64,000 nucleotides of DNA from Pseudomonadota bacterium. Lineage in GTDB: Bacteria; Myxococcota; JACRCW01; JAFGSX01. Each line of letters opens with the position of its first letter. Position 1 is the first letter of the stretch. This document shows, piece after piece, positions 18,029 through 30,085 of this stretch. A program made the translations under genes and the position numbers. Below the pieces are notes generated by a model. It did no database searches. It saw only the letters and a list, made by a program, of their open reading frames with translations, and was not told the DNA's origin. Location: assembly GCA_043821645.1 (NCBI GenBank), contig JBDRCO010000113.1:1-64000 (forward strand). The letters run 5' to 3'.

Positions 18029-20296
18029 GTGTTCCTGCTGTGTACCCTGCCCGTCCTCCTCGCTGCGAGCGCACTTCTCGACGTCGAAGGGATCGATAAG
18101 CTGGACCGTGCGGCTGTTCTCGACGACGTTTCTGCAGTGGAGGCTTACGGGAGGCTGCGTGCGAGCACCCGGGATCCAGCCCTGTTGACGGCCCTGGACC
18201 TGGCACGCGCGCGACGTGCCGAGCGCGCCCAGGGACCTGCTGCCGGCTACGCCATGCTGAAGCGCACCCGCCCGCCCGCCGCGATGGCTCCGGCCGTTGT
18301 GGATGAGCGACTGCGGCTCGCGCGGTCCGCCGGAGACGAGCGCGGGGTGCTGCACATCCTCAGCGCCCGGCTCAGGTCCGCTCCCCGTCGCGCACGCCAC
18401 GGACAGGTGAATGAGCTGGTGGACCTGGCACTGGGGAGCCACCGGAACGCCACACTCTCGGACGTGGTGACGGTCCTCGACGGGGACCTCGACAGCGAGA
18501 TGCTGCAGGTCCTGCATCTGGCTCAGGCTGTTGCCGCCCGTCGAGAGAGCGAGAGCGTGGAGCTTTCGCGCACCGCCTTGACGACGCTGCGCAGTCCCGA
18601 CGCCGTGCGCAGACTGGACAGGGTGCTGCGTGAAGCGACGCTCTGGAATACGGTGGTGGCGGGTCTGCCGCGGCGCGACCGCATCGCCACAGCACAGAAG
18701 CTCATCGCTGCAGGACAGCCCGCTCAAGCACTCGTCGTGCTGTCGACGCTGCGTGATGGGGTGGACAGCGATCTGACCTGGATCCAGGCCCTGGCAGCAC
18801 TCCGACGACACGAGGACGCCCTGGTGCGCTGCATGGCGGCGCTGACACGAACGCCGGCGCATGCCCGTGGCCCCCTGTTGCTTGAACGCGCTCGGCTCGA
18901 GTCCCGCCTGGGCCACGGTGCCGCGGCCAGGGCCAGTTACGGGGAGTTCGCGGCACTCTTCGAAAAGGACCCCGAGGCAGACCAGGCCTCGTTCTTTTCC
19001 GCGTGGCTGTCCCACGAGGAGGGGAGCAGCCAGGATGCCGCCGATGGCTTTGGCCGCTATCTCGAACAGCGGCCACGGGGCAGCTACGCCGAGCTCGCAC
19101 GCTGGCTCCAGGCACTCAACCTGTATCGGACTGGCGACGACGCGGCGACGCTGCGGGTGCTCGAACCGCTACGCCTGGAGTGCCGGGACGCCGAGATCCA
19201 GACCGCGGTGAGGTACCTGCATGCCAGAGCCCTGGCGCGGCAGGGGCTCTGGGACGAGGCGCGGGGCGAACTCGACGCCATGATCTCGGGTGCGCTGAAA
19301 CCCGCGGACAAGGCTCCCTACTACCGGACCCTGGCCCGGGCTGCGCGCCGGAGGCTCGACAAGGACAGCGCGGGTGTCAGCCCCGAGCCGTCCTGCGGCG
19401 GCAACGCTCGCTTGCCCGGAGCGTCGGTGGCGGACCTGCGTGCGGGCCCACCCGAAGGCTCCGCTCCTGCTGCGGCTGGCGTGCCGGCGTGTGTCATGCC
19501 ACTGCGCGCGGGTGTCCAGGGGATGCTCGGCGATCTCAAGAAAGACCAGGCCCAGGCACTGAAGGCCCTTGCGGCGGTGGGTCTGTGCGACGTGGCGGCG
19601 CGGGTCCTGCGTAGTGTGGGCCTGCCCCGAGCAGACGCGGCACGGAGGCGTCACCTCGAGACGGCCCTCGCGGCCGGGGATGCCACACGGGTGCTCCGAC
19701 TCGCCGGGCGACATTATCGAAGCGCACTCGAGCAACCGTTCTCCGACGAGAATCGCTGGCTGTGGCGCCTGGCCTACCCGGTCCCGAGCGCCTTCGACAC
19801 GCTGCCTGAAACGCGGGTGAGCCCTGCCCTGGTGCGGGCCGTGGCCCGGCAGGAGAGCCACTTTCTCATGGACGCGCGGTCGCGGGTCGGCGCGCTCGGG
19901 CTGATGCAGCTCATGCCTGCAACCGGAGCACGCCTCGGCATGCTGGCGGACGTCGGAGTCGACGACGATTCGGTGCTGCTCGAGCCCGAGACCAACATTC
20001 GCCTGGCGTCCTTTTATCTCGCGCTGCTGAGCGACGAGTTCAGAGGCTCGGTGCCCCTGGTCCTGGCGGCGTACAATGGAGGTCCCCGCAACGTGCAGAG
20101 CTGGCTCGAACGCCATGGCGAGCAGCCGATGGATCTGTGGGTCGAGAGCATTCCTTTTCGCGAGACCCGTGGCTACGTGAAGAAGGTCCTGTCGGCCGCC
20201 ATCGTGTACTCCTGGCTCGACGGGGATGCGCTGCCGCTGGACTGGCTCGACGCACCTTGTGCCGACGTCGAGACCGCACACCGCATCGAGTTCTGA
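18029..20296 (+). CDS. Soluble lytic transglycosylase (Slt-type) with TPR repeats
   Basis: ARQES catalytic Glu, GALGLMQLMP, AAYNGG, ETRGYVKKV. Confidence 0.9.
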   Translation: MFLLCTLPVLLAASALLDVEGIDKLDRAAVLDDVSAVEAYGRLRASTRDPALLTALDLARARRAERAQGPAAGYAMLKRTRPPAAMAPAVVDERLRLARSAGDERGVLHILSARLRSAPRRARHGQVNELVDLALGSHRNATLSDVVTVLDGDLDSEMLQVLHLAQAVAARRESESVELSRTALTTLRSPDAVRRLDRVLREATLWNTVVAGLPRRDRIATAQKLIAAGQPAQALVVLSTLRDGVDSDLTWIQALAALRRHEDALVRCMAALTRTPAHARGPLLLERARLESRLGHGAAARASYGEFAALFEKDPEADQASFFSAWLSHEEGSSQDAADGFGRYLEQRPRGSYAELARWLQALNLYRTGDDAATLRVLEPLRLECRDAEIQTAVRYLHARALARQGLWDEARGELDAMISGALKPADKAPYYRTLARAARRRLDKDSAGVSPEPSCGGNARLPGASVADLRAGPPEGSAPAAAGVPACVMPLRAGVQGMLGDLKKDQAQALKALAAVGLCDVAARVLRSVGLPRADAARRRHLETALAAGDATRVLRLAGRHYRSALEQPFSDENRWLWRLAYPVPSAFDTLPETRVSPALVRAVARQESHFLMDARSRVGALGLMQLMPATGARLGMLADVGVDDDSVLLEPETNIRLASFYLALLSDEFRGSVPLVLAAYNGGPRNVQSWLERHGEQPMDLWVESIPFRETRGYVKKVLSAAIVYSWLDGDALPLDWLDAPCADVETAHRIEF

Positions 20297-20359
20297 ACGC
20301 TGGTCCCTGTGCCAACAGGGTCCCACGCGTCCGCTGCTGTGCCGGTGGATGGACGTGGC

Positions 20360-21688
20360 CTAGTAGTCGTACTGGATGCCTATGCTCAGATCGAGAATCT
20401 GGCCTCCGGCCGTCCAGTTGCCGACGGGGTCATTCCCGTTCTCCTTGATGGCGCGCCGCTCGGCCAGCACGTAGACCGCCGCCGCGGCATCGATGGTGAT
20501 GGGGTTCTCGAAAAACTGGAGCGGGTCCGCGAAGGTGACGCCCACCCCTGTGGTCAGCCCGTGGGTGTTGTTGTCAATGTAGTTGGAGCCCGAGGTCTGG
20601 TTGGGGATGTGCGTCGGCTGATAGAAGTAGCCGAGGCGTACGGTCAGCAGGTCCAGGGGAGCGTACTCGACGGCCACGCGCGGCACAAAGACGTCGACGA
20701 AGGCGGGACGCACCTCGCGCTTCATCCCCGGCCCTGGCAGGTCGAGGCTGTCGCCGATGCCGAGCCGGTCGAGGTCGTCTCCCTCGGCGTCGATGCGAAA
20801 CTGCACGCTGGGATCGGGAGCGTCAGACCAGCGGATGTATTGCAGATCCAGGCTGATGGTCAGGCTGTCGTCGAGAAAAGTGTAGGCCAACCCCAACGAC
20901 GCCGTGTGCGGCGAGTAGATATTGATGGCGCCAAAGGCAATGTCGGTGCTCAGGTCCAGTCCGTCCACCTCGATGTGGGTCGGGAAGTCGATGGGCATGG
21001 CCAGTGAGCCCCGGTACACCGCCCCCGCACGCAGGCCGAAGAAGGGCCCCAGGCTGACACCGAGAACGGGCGCAAATACATACTTGAGCGCCGTGTCAAA
21101 CTCGCGCCGGTTGACCGTGCCGGCCACAGGATCGACGCGGTAGTTGGTGGGACCCATCAGGGCACCTGTGGCGCGCATCCCGACCCCCGTCGACAACCAG
21201 TCGAACCAGCGGACGGCGATACCTGGCATGACCTCCATACGCGAGGGGCTGTTCTCGTACAGGTAGTAGTGCGGGACCGCGGGGTCCGGGATACGCACGC
21301 GGGAGATCTCGAAGGCCGGCAAGTAGACACCCACACCCACGGCGAGCCTGTTGGCCAGGGCGCCGCCCACCGGAAAATCGAAACCCATCATCAGGCCCGC
21401 CTCGGGCGAGGGAAGGTTGGGCTGGTAGGGCGAATCCTCGGCCAGTTCCTGCTCGAGCTGCACGCTGACATTGGGATACACGATGTGAATGGCAGCGCCG
21501 AAGTTCAGCTTCTGGGTCCTGGTGAGGAGCGCTGGATTGTAGAAGGTCGCGGTGTAGTCGTCCGCGGTGGCCGTCTGCGAGCCTGCCATAGCCTTGCCCC
21601 GGGGATTGAACCCGAACAGCTCGAAGGGGCCCGAGGCGAGCGCCAGCGACGGGGTGACGAGCACGGACAGCGCTGCAAGAAACTTCAC
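20360..21688 (-). CDS. OmpP1/FadL-family outer-membrane transporter
   Basis: Signal peptide, RGKAMAG...ATFYNPALL hatch motif, beta-barrel pattern, terminal Tyr. Confidence 0.8.
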   Translation of the reverse strand: MKFLAALSVLVTPSLALASGPFELFGFNPRGKAMAGSQTATADDYTATFYNPALLTRTQKLNFGAAIHIVYPNVSVQLEQELAEDSPYQPNLPSPEAGLMMGFDFPVGGALANRLAVGVGVYLPAFEISRVRIPDPAVPHYYLYENSPSRMEVMPGIAVRWFDWLSTGVGMRATGALMGPTNYRVDPVAGTVNRREFDTALKYVFAPVLGVSLGPFFGLRAGAVYRGSLAMPIDFPTHIEVDGLDLSTDIAFGAINIYSPHTASLGLAYTFLDDSLTISLDLQYIRWSDAPDPSVQFRIDAEGDDLDRLGIGDSLDLPGPGMKREVRPAFVDVFVPRVAVEYAPLDLLTVRLGYFYQPTHIPNQTSGSNYIDNNTHGLTTGVGVTFADPLQFFENPITIDAAAAVYVLAERRAIKENGNDPVGNWTAGGQILDLSIGIQYDY

Positions 21689-22899
21689 GGGGGCTCCTGG
21701 ACGCAGGAAGAGAGAAAGAGGCGAAGGTCGTCCGCGATTTCCTGTGCGACGCCCTTGCCGCGGAGGTCCGACATGGCCGGAAGCATCTGCCGTGAGGAAC
21801 TCTCGCCGAGCAAGGGGGCCACCGACGCCAGAAAACTCCCGGCCAGCCTCGTATCGCGCTCGAAGATGCCGAAGATCTCGGCCACGTGAAAGAGCAAGGC
21901 GCTTCCGCCCTGGCTGTCATAAGCGTCCGCCGCGGCTTCGAGGATGTCGCCCATCTCGAGCCCGGGTGACACCGCGAAGTCGTAGCTGAGCCGCGCAAGC
22001 GCCTTGTTCTCGTCGTGACGGTGCAGACACCCGACGAAGATCTGCAGGTCGGCAAGCAGCCCGGCACCGGGATCCACAGCCTGGGCGACGAGGTCGAGCA
22101 GCGCGTCGAAGCGCAGGTGGGTATCGCCGGTCAGGTTCCGCGTCACGGCGTCGTCCACCAGACCGCGGACGTAGCTCCAGTCGAAGGACGGCGACGCCAG
22201 GTTCTGCAGGACCAGATCCATGAGCTGGGCATAGGCGTCGACACCGAGCCGCGTCTCGCCCTCGTGCACGAAGGTGAAGTCATCGAGAAACGTGACGAAG
22301 ACCGGATCCTGCAGCAGCGCGCTGGACGCGCGGAGCAGCTCCGGTGCGAAGAGCTGCCGCCCCCCGGGGCATGAGGCGCAGGGGATCTCGAACTGGAGCA
22401 GGCGGCGCAAGGTCGCGAAGTCGGCCCGCGGATCGCAGTAGCGAAACACTCGCTCGGCCACATTGGTCAGCTCGTAGTGCTCGCCGGGAACGTGGGGCGA
22501 ACGCCCGGTGATGTAGTCGACGACGTTGAACAGAGCCGGGAGCACGCTGCCACTGATACCGCTTTCCGCCATCTGGGTCGCCGCATCCAGGATGTCACGA
22601 AGGGGTGCCTGCCGGACCAGGGTGATGGCGACCTTGAAGAAGACCCGATACTGCCCCGTGTCGACGAGCACGCGCTTGAGCTGCTGCCCGAGGCGGTCGA
22701 ACAGGCCACCGTGCAGGGCGCTCCGGGTCACCTGCGTGATGGACTGCAGGGTGCCACAGGGGCCGGCCTCGCCAGGCGCAGCCACGAAGGGGGCATCGGT
22801 GCCGTCGGCGCCGCAGGCCTGAAGTCCGAGCACGAGGGCGATGCAACGGATCCTGCCGCCGATCCTTGGCCTCTCCCGGCGGCTCGATCGGCAGGTCAT
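21685..22899 (-). CDS. Hypothetical helical lipoprotein coupled to the FadL-like gene
   Basis: AGGAG RBS, lipobox LQAC, GTGA overlap with the downstream gene. Confidence 0.65.
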   Translation of the reverse strand: MTCRSSRRERPRIGGRIRCIALVLGLQACGADGTDAPFVAAPGEAGPCGTLQSITQVTRSALHGGLFDRLGQQLKRVLVDTGQYRVFFKVAITLVRQAPLRDILDAATQMAESGISGSVLPALFNVVDYITGRSPHVPGEHYELTNVAERVFRYCDPRADFATLRRLLQFEIPCASCPGGRQLFAPELLRASSALLQDPVFVTFLDDFTFVHEGETRLGVDAYAQLMDLVLQNLASPSFDWSYVRGLVDDAVTRNLTGDTHLRFDALLDLVAQAVDPGAGLLADLQIFVGCLHRHDENKALARLSYDFAVSPGLEMGDILEAAADAYDSQGGSALLFHVAEIFGIFERDTRLAGSFLASVAPLLGESSSRQMLPAMSDLRGKGVAQEIADDLRLFLSSCVQEPP

Positions 22900-22967
22900 G
22901 GTGAGCTCCTGGTGCCAGGCGGCGAGAACACAGCGTTGGATACCTGACCGCTCACGCGACAACCCCC

Positions 22968-25529
<2,562 letters not shown>

Positions 25530-25663
25530 CGCACGCCCCGCCGGGCATTATTTCACGGCCACACGCTCGCGCAATCCGCGCGGCACGCTTGACCCCGACG
25601 TCGGCACACAGCTACAAGTTTCATGTCGCGTCAGGACCGGGAACCACAGCACCAGGAGTCTCC

Positions 25664-26020
25664 ATGCCATACTGTCCACAGTGCCGCACCGAGTACCGGG
25701 AAGGTGTGACCCATTGCTCGGACGACGGAAGTGCCCTGGTGCCAGGGTTGCCCGACGACAAACTGACCGGTGCCGTGCTCCAGGAGATCTACGCCGCCTA
25801 CCACGAACTGGAGGCCGAGCGCATCCGCTCGCTGCTCGAGGACGTCGGCATCGCTTGCTTCACCCGCAACCTGCGGCGTGCCGCCTTTCCCACCGGGGCA
25901 GGCAGCGAGGCCACCTTCCTGGTGGCCGTGCCACAAGCCGACGCCGAGCGGGCCATCGCCTTGGTCCAGCAGGCACGTACGGACGGTGTGCTGAGCGACG
26001 AGGGCAGCTTTGTGCAATGA
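25664..26020 (+). CDS. Zinc-ribbon plus DUF2007-like protein
   Basis: MPYCPQCRTEY...CSDDG..LV; EAERIRSLLEDVGI; AGGAG RBS. Confidence 0.75.
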   Translation: MPYCPQCRTEYREGVTHCSDDGSALVPGLPDDKLTGAVLQEIYAAYHELEAERIRSLLEDVGIACFTRNLRRAAFPTGAGSEATFLVAVPQADAERAIALVQQARTDGVLSDEGSFVQ

Positions 26021-26804
26021 GCTCGAGCTGGCTCGAGAACTCATCGCGCGCGCCCCGCGCATCGTGGTCCTGACCGGGGCCGGTATCAGCGCCGACTCCG
26101 GCGTCCCGACCTTTCGCGGGCAGGACGGCCTGTGGAAGACCCATCGTGCAGAGGACCTGGCCACTCCAGAGGCCTTCGTCGACGATCCGCGGCTGGTCTG
26201 GGAGTGGTACGGCTGGCGGCGCCAGCTCATCGCGGGCTGCACCCCAAACCCGGCGCACCGCGCGCTCGCGCACCTGGCGTTGAACCATCCCAATGTGCTC
26301 CTGGTGACCCAGAACGTCGACGGCCTGCACGGTCAGGCCGCCCGGGAGGCCAGTGGAACGGGGGATCCTGGACCGGCTCTGCCCGTGGAGCTGCACGGCA
26401 ATATCTTCACCCTGCGCTGCACGTCCTGCTCGACGGTGTGGGAGGATTGGAACGCCATCGACACCAGCTCCCTGGAGACCCTGCCGCACTGCTCGCGGTG
26501 TCGAGGTCTGGCCCGGCCCCATGTGGTGTGGTTCGGCGAAGCACTCGACCGCTCTCTGCTCTCGCGTGCGCTGTGTCAGGCGGAGCTGGCTGCCGTGTGT
26601 CTGGTCGTGGGCACCACCGCCGTGGTGCAGCCCGCCTCGAGCATTGCCGCCGTCACGGCACAGGCCGGTGGCGACGTGATTGAAATCAATCCTGAAGAAA
26701 CCGAGATCTCGTCGCTGTGCTCGGTCTCGATCCGTTCGGGTGCCGCTGCGGCCCTGCCATCCATGCTCGGCCAGGACGTCGCCAATCACGCCGCCGGGGC
26801 CTGA
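26010..26804 (+). CDS. cobB: NAD-dependent protein deacylase (class III sirtuin)
   Basis: GAGISADSGVPTFRG, WYGWRR (YxxR), TQNVDGLH, HG, Cys4 zinc site. Confidence 0.92.
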   Translation: MCNELELARELIARAPRIVVLTGAGISADSGVPTFRGQDGLWKTHRAEDLATPEAFVDDPRLVWEWYGWRRQLIAGCTPNPAHRALAHLALNHPNVLLVTQNVDGLHGQAAREASGTGDPGPALPVELHGNIFTLRCTSCSTVWEDWNAIDTSSLETLPHCSRCRGLARPHVVWFGEALDRSLLSRALCQAELAAVCLVVGTTAVVQPASSIAAVTAQAGGDVIEINPEETEISSLCSVSIRSGAAAALPSMLGQDVANHAAGA

Positions 26805-26830
26805 GCCACCGTCGGACGTGGGGAGGAAGC

Positions 26831-27736
26831 ATGAAGAACATTGGCATCATCGTCGTGGGGGCCATGGTGCTCGCGGCCGTGGCCCATGCCGAGGACGTCG
26901 GCGAGACAGCATCGTCAGGTCCTGTGCAGGAACCTGCCGCAGCCTCTGGCTTGGTTGCCTCAGAAGGAAAGCCCAGTGGGCCCGTGAAGATGGCCGTGCC
27001 CCGCATGCACGCCAGCAAGCCCGAGGATGCCGAGCTGGCACTGATGCTCAGCGAGATCCTCACGGTCGAGGCACGCAAGGTTCATGGGATGCAGGTCCTT
27101 GGCATGAGCGACATCGAGGCCACCCTGGGTTTCGAGCAGCAAAAGCAGCTTCTTGGCTGCGACGACGTGAGCTGCATGGCCGAGCTGGGGGGAGCGATGG
27201 GCGCGCGCCTGATCCTCTCGTCCAAGGTCGGCCGGGTCGGAGACACCTACGTGCTGGCGCTGAGCGTCGTGGATACCCACGATGTCAAGGTGCTGAACAG
27301 CACCTATGACACCGTCGAGGGCAAGCCTGACGCCCTGATCGCCCGCATACGCAGTGCGGTCCCGGGACTGCTGGACCCCGTGATCCAGAAGCAGCAGGGG
27401 CCCGTGCTCACGACCAGCACCACCGCGTCTCCCAAGTCCGGGTCGGGCAACGAGCTGGTGCTGAACTGGCCCGCGCTCATCGTCGCCGGCGCCGGGGTCG
27501 GCCTGCTGATCGGCACAGGCGTGGCAGCCACCTTCGCCTACCTCGAGGGCGATCAGGTCTTGGATTCCCCGGGTGATTTCTTACCCGACAACACGACGCT
27601 GTACCCGCCGGGGAACGCATATCACACGGTGCAGAGTCAGATACTCTGGTACGTCGCGCTCGGACTCGGTGCGACGGGCCTGGCCGCAGCGGCGGGTGGC
27701 ATGGGATGGCAAGTGCTGTCCCAGGGAGGTGAGTGA
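26831..27736 (+). CDS. Secreted or membrane hypothetical protein
   Basis: GGAGG RBS, signal peptide, GCDDVSCMAELGGA motif, C-terminal TM segments. Confidence 0.7.
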   Translation: MKNIGIIVVGAMVLAAVAHAEDVGETASSGPVQEPAAASGLVASEGKPSGPVKMAVPRMHASKPEDAELALMLSEILTVEARKVHGMQVLGMSDIEATLGFEQQKQLLGCDDVSCMAELGGAMGARLILSSKVGRVGDTYVLALSVVDTHDVKVLNSTYDTVEGKPDALIARIRSAVPGLLDPVIQKQQGPVLTTSTTASPKSGSGNELVLNWPALIVAGAGVGLLIGTGVAATFAYLEGDQVLDSPGDFLPDNTTLYPPGNAYHTVQSQILWYVALGLGATGLAAAAGGMGWQVLSQGGE

Positions 27737-28242
27737 TGAGAAGCCTCTGGATTCTGCTCGCCCTGCCTCTGACGAGCCTGGGCTGCCTGGAACGCGATGT
27801 GGAGTACGCCTGCATCGGGCACGAGAACTGTGCGACGCAGCTCAATCAAATCTGCGGCGGGGTGAGGTCCATGCCCGTGCCTGACTCGGAGCCCTGCCCT
27901 TTTGCTGAAGACTATGAGCCGGTGAAGGACCACGGCTCCTGCTATTACCCGTACTGCACTCCCAAGGACACCATCGAGTGCGGTGGCGGGACCTGCAACG
28001 ACGGCAAAACCTGCGTCGTCGCGAAGACCGAGGATCGAAATACCACCCGACTCATGTGCCTCGACATGGATCAGGACAAGCTGCTCGGCGCCGAAACCTG
28101 CAAGGCCGTGGACTGGCTAGATTTCAACGTCTGCGGAGGTCGGGAAGCGGTGTGCGTGATCTCCTTCGAGCGCCGCGCCCTCAACGGCCCGGATGATCAA
28201 TATGCCTGCGTTCCGCCACTCAGTCTGATCCGGCTCGAGTAG
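27733..28242 (+). CDS. Cys-rich hypothetical lipoprotein
   Basis: Lipobox SLGC, many Cys; start overlaps the upstream stop. Confidence 0.7.
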   Translation: MMRSLWILLALPLTSLGCLERDVEYACIGHENCATQLNQICGGVRSMPVPDSEPCPFAEDYEPVKDHGSCYYPYCTPKDTIECGGGTCNDGKTCVVAKTEDRNTTRLMCLDMDQDKLLGAETCKAVDWLDFNVCGGREAVCVISFERRALNGPDDQYACVPPLSLIRLE

Positions 28243-28264
28243 TCCCGCTGCCCCGTTGCGAGCG

Positions 28265-28726
28265 TTAGCGCTTGAGCACCGTACGCAGCGTGGCCACATC
28301 ATCGGTGGCACCTCGCAGGCGCCGGGTGAGCAGGCCCGCGATGGCCTCGAAGAAGGCTGCTCGCAGCTCGGCGTCGGCGTCGAGGACGGGACGCAGCTTG
28401 TCGTGCTCGAGCAGGATGACCTCGGCGCGCTCGATGACCTCGACCGAGGTCGAGCGCGGTTCACCGTCAACGAACGCCATCTCGCCCAGAGTGGTACCCG
28501 CGCCGAGCAGCGCGACCTCCTCGACCGAGCCTCCGGGCTGACCTTTGAGCACCTTCACGGAGCCGCTGCCAAGAAGGTAGATGTTGCGATTGGCGGTGCC
28601 CTGCTTCACCAGATCTTGCCCCGGTGTGTAGGTGCGTTCGATGGCCGTACCGGCGAGCTTTTCCAGCAGGTGCGCAGGCATGTTCCGGAACAGTCGGCTT
28701 GCCTTGAGAACCTCGATCGGCTTCAT
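28265..28726 (-). CDS. Stand-alone cyclic-nucleotide-binding domain protein
   Basis: GEMAFVDGEPRSTSV phosphate-binding cassette; no HTH. Confidence 0.88.
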   Translation of the reverse strand: MKPIEVLKASRLFRNMPAHLLEKLAGTAIERTYTPGQDLVKQGTANRNIYLLGSGSVKVLKGQPGGSVEEVALLGAGTTLGEMAFVDGEPRSTSVEVIERAEVILLEHDKLRPVLDADAELRAAFFEAIAGLLTRRLRGATDDVATLRTVLKR

Positions 28727-29976
28727 GCGGATTCTCCTGCACCGGTCTCGTCGTGCGAGGCCAGCGTGTGGACGATGGCGTCGACCAGGAGCCTCGCCAC
28801 GTCGTGCTTGGAAACGGGTCCGAACTCCCTGGCGGTACCATCGCCGAAAATGATCGCTCCACGGCTGGTGTCGACGTCGAAGCCGCTATCCGCGCTACCC
28901 ACCAGGTTGGCGACCAGCAGGTCTGCCCCCTTGCGAGCGCGCTTGGCCTGTCCACGCGCGGTGACGTCCTGGGTCTCGGCGGCAAAACCAACCACCACAC
29001 GTGCCGGGCGCCGGGCGCACAGCTCCGCCAGGATGTCGGGGGTGCGCACCAGCTCGATGCGCTCGAGGGGTTGTTCCTGCTTGGACAGCTTGTGGTCCGC
29101 GACCTGGGCCGGCGCATAGTCCGCCACCGCCGCGGCCATGATCACGACGTCTGCGCCCCTGGCAGCATCGAAGGTCGCGGCATGCATCTGCTCGGCGGTC
29201 TCGACCGATACGGCCTGCAGTTGCTGCGGAATGGCAACGGTGAGCGGCCCGTGGACGAGCACCACCCTGGCGCCGCGTCGAGCGGCTTCGAGAGCCACAG
29301 CCACACCCATGCGGCCGGACGAACGATTGCTGAGAAAACGGACCGGGTCCACGGGTTCGCGAGTCGGCCCGGCGGTGATGACAACACGGCGTCCCTCGAG
29401 ATCCCGGCCCCTGGCTAGAATCTCCGACACGGCCTCCACGATGGCTTCGGGTTCCGCCATGCGTCCGTCGCCACTTGCCCCGCTGGCCAGGCTGCCACGC
29501 GCGGGTCCCACGGTGTAGATGCCACGCGCCAGCAGGCCGCGGAGGTTGGCCTGGGTCGCGTCGTGCCACCACATGTGGTGTTCCATGGCCGGCGCGATCA
29601 GCACCGGTGCCCGGGTCGCGAGGAGGATGGCGGCCAGGGGATCGTCGGCTCGCCCGTGGACAGTGCGTGCCATGAAATCCGCTGTCGCCGGTGCGACCAC
29701 GACGAGGTCCAGGTCCCGAGCCAGCTCGACATGACCGATGGGCGAGCGACCGTCCGCAGAGGGCTGAAGAGCCAGGACATCGAGGAGCACCGGGAGTCCC
29801 GACAGAGCTTCGAAACTGAGTGGACCCACGAAGGCGGTGGCGGCCCGGGTCATGGCCACGCGCACGACCGCGCCATGCTCCCGCAGACGACGCAGAACCT
29901 CGACGGCCTTGTAGGCCGCGATGCCACCCGTCACGCCCAGCAAGATACGCTTGCCCTGGAGCTCGCCACTGCACAT
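28723..29976 (-). CDS. coaBC: Phosphopantothenoylcysteine decarboxylase/synthase
   Basis: GVTGGIAAYK, APATAD, APAM, TAGPTREPVDPVRFLSNRSSGRMG, GFAAET. Confidence 0.96.
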   Translation of the reverse strand: MCSGELQGKRILLGVTGGIAAYKAVEVLRRLREHGAVVRVAMTRAATAFVGPLSFEALSGLPVLLDVLALQPSADGRSPIGHVELARDLDLVVVAPATADFMARTVHGRADDPLAAILLATRAPVLIAPAMEHHMWWHDATQANLRGLLARGIYTVGPARGSLASGASGDGRMAEPEAIVEAVSEILARGRDLEGRRVVITAGPTREPVDPVRFLSNRSSGRMGVAVALEAARRGARVVLVHGPLTVAIPQQLQAVSVETAEQMHAATFDAARGADVVIMAAAVADYAPAQVADHKLSKQEQPLERIELVRTPDILAELCARRPARVVVGFAAETQDVTARGQAKRARKGADLLVANLVGSADSGFDVDTSRGAIIFGDGTAREFGPVSKHDVARLLVDAIVHTLASHDETGAGESA

Positions 29977-30085
29977 GACGCGATGCTAGAGGTCCGGAAA
30001 GAACCGGTCAACGCAGCCCTTGCGATCTTCGGCACTTGCCCGTAATCGGTGACCATCGGGTCAAGGCGACCTCCCGGGGGCATGC

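Noticed and set aside
26010-26804. Sirtuin as an anti-phage (Thoeris/DSR) effector
   Set aside because: Canonical CobB motifs with zinc site; no defence-gene context
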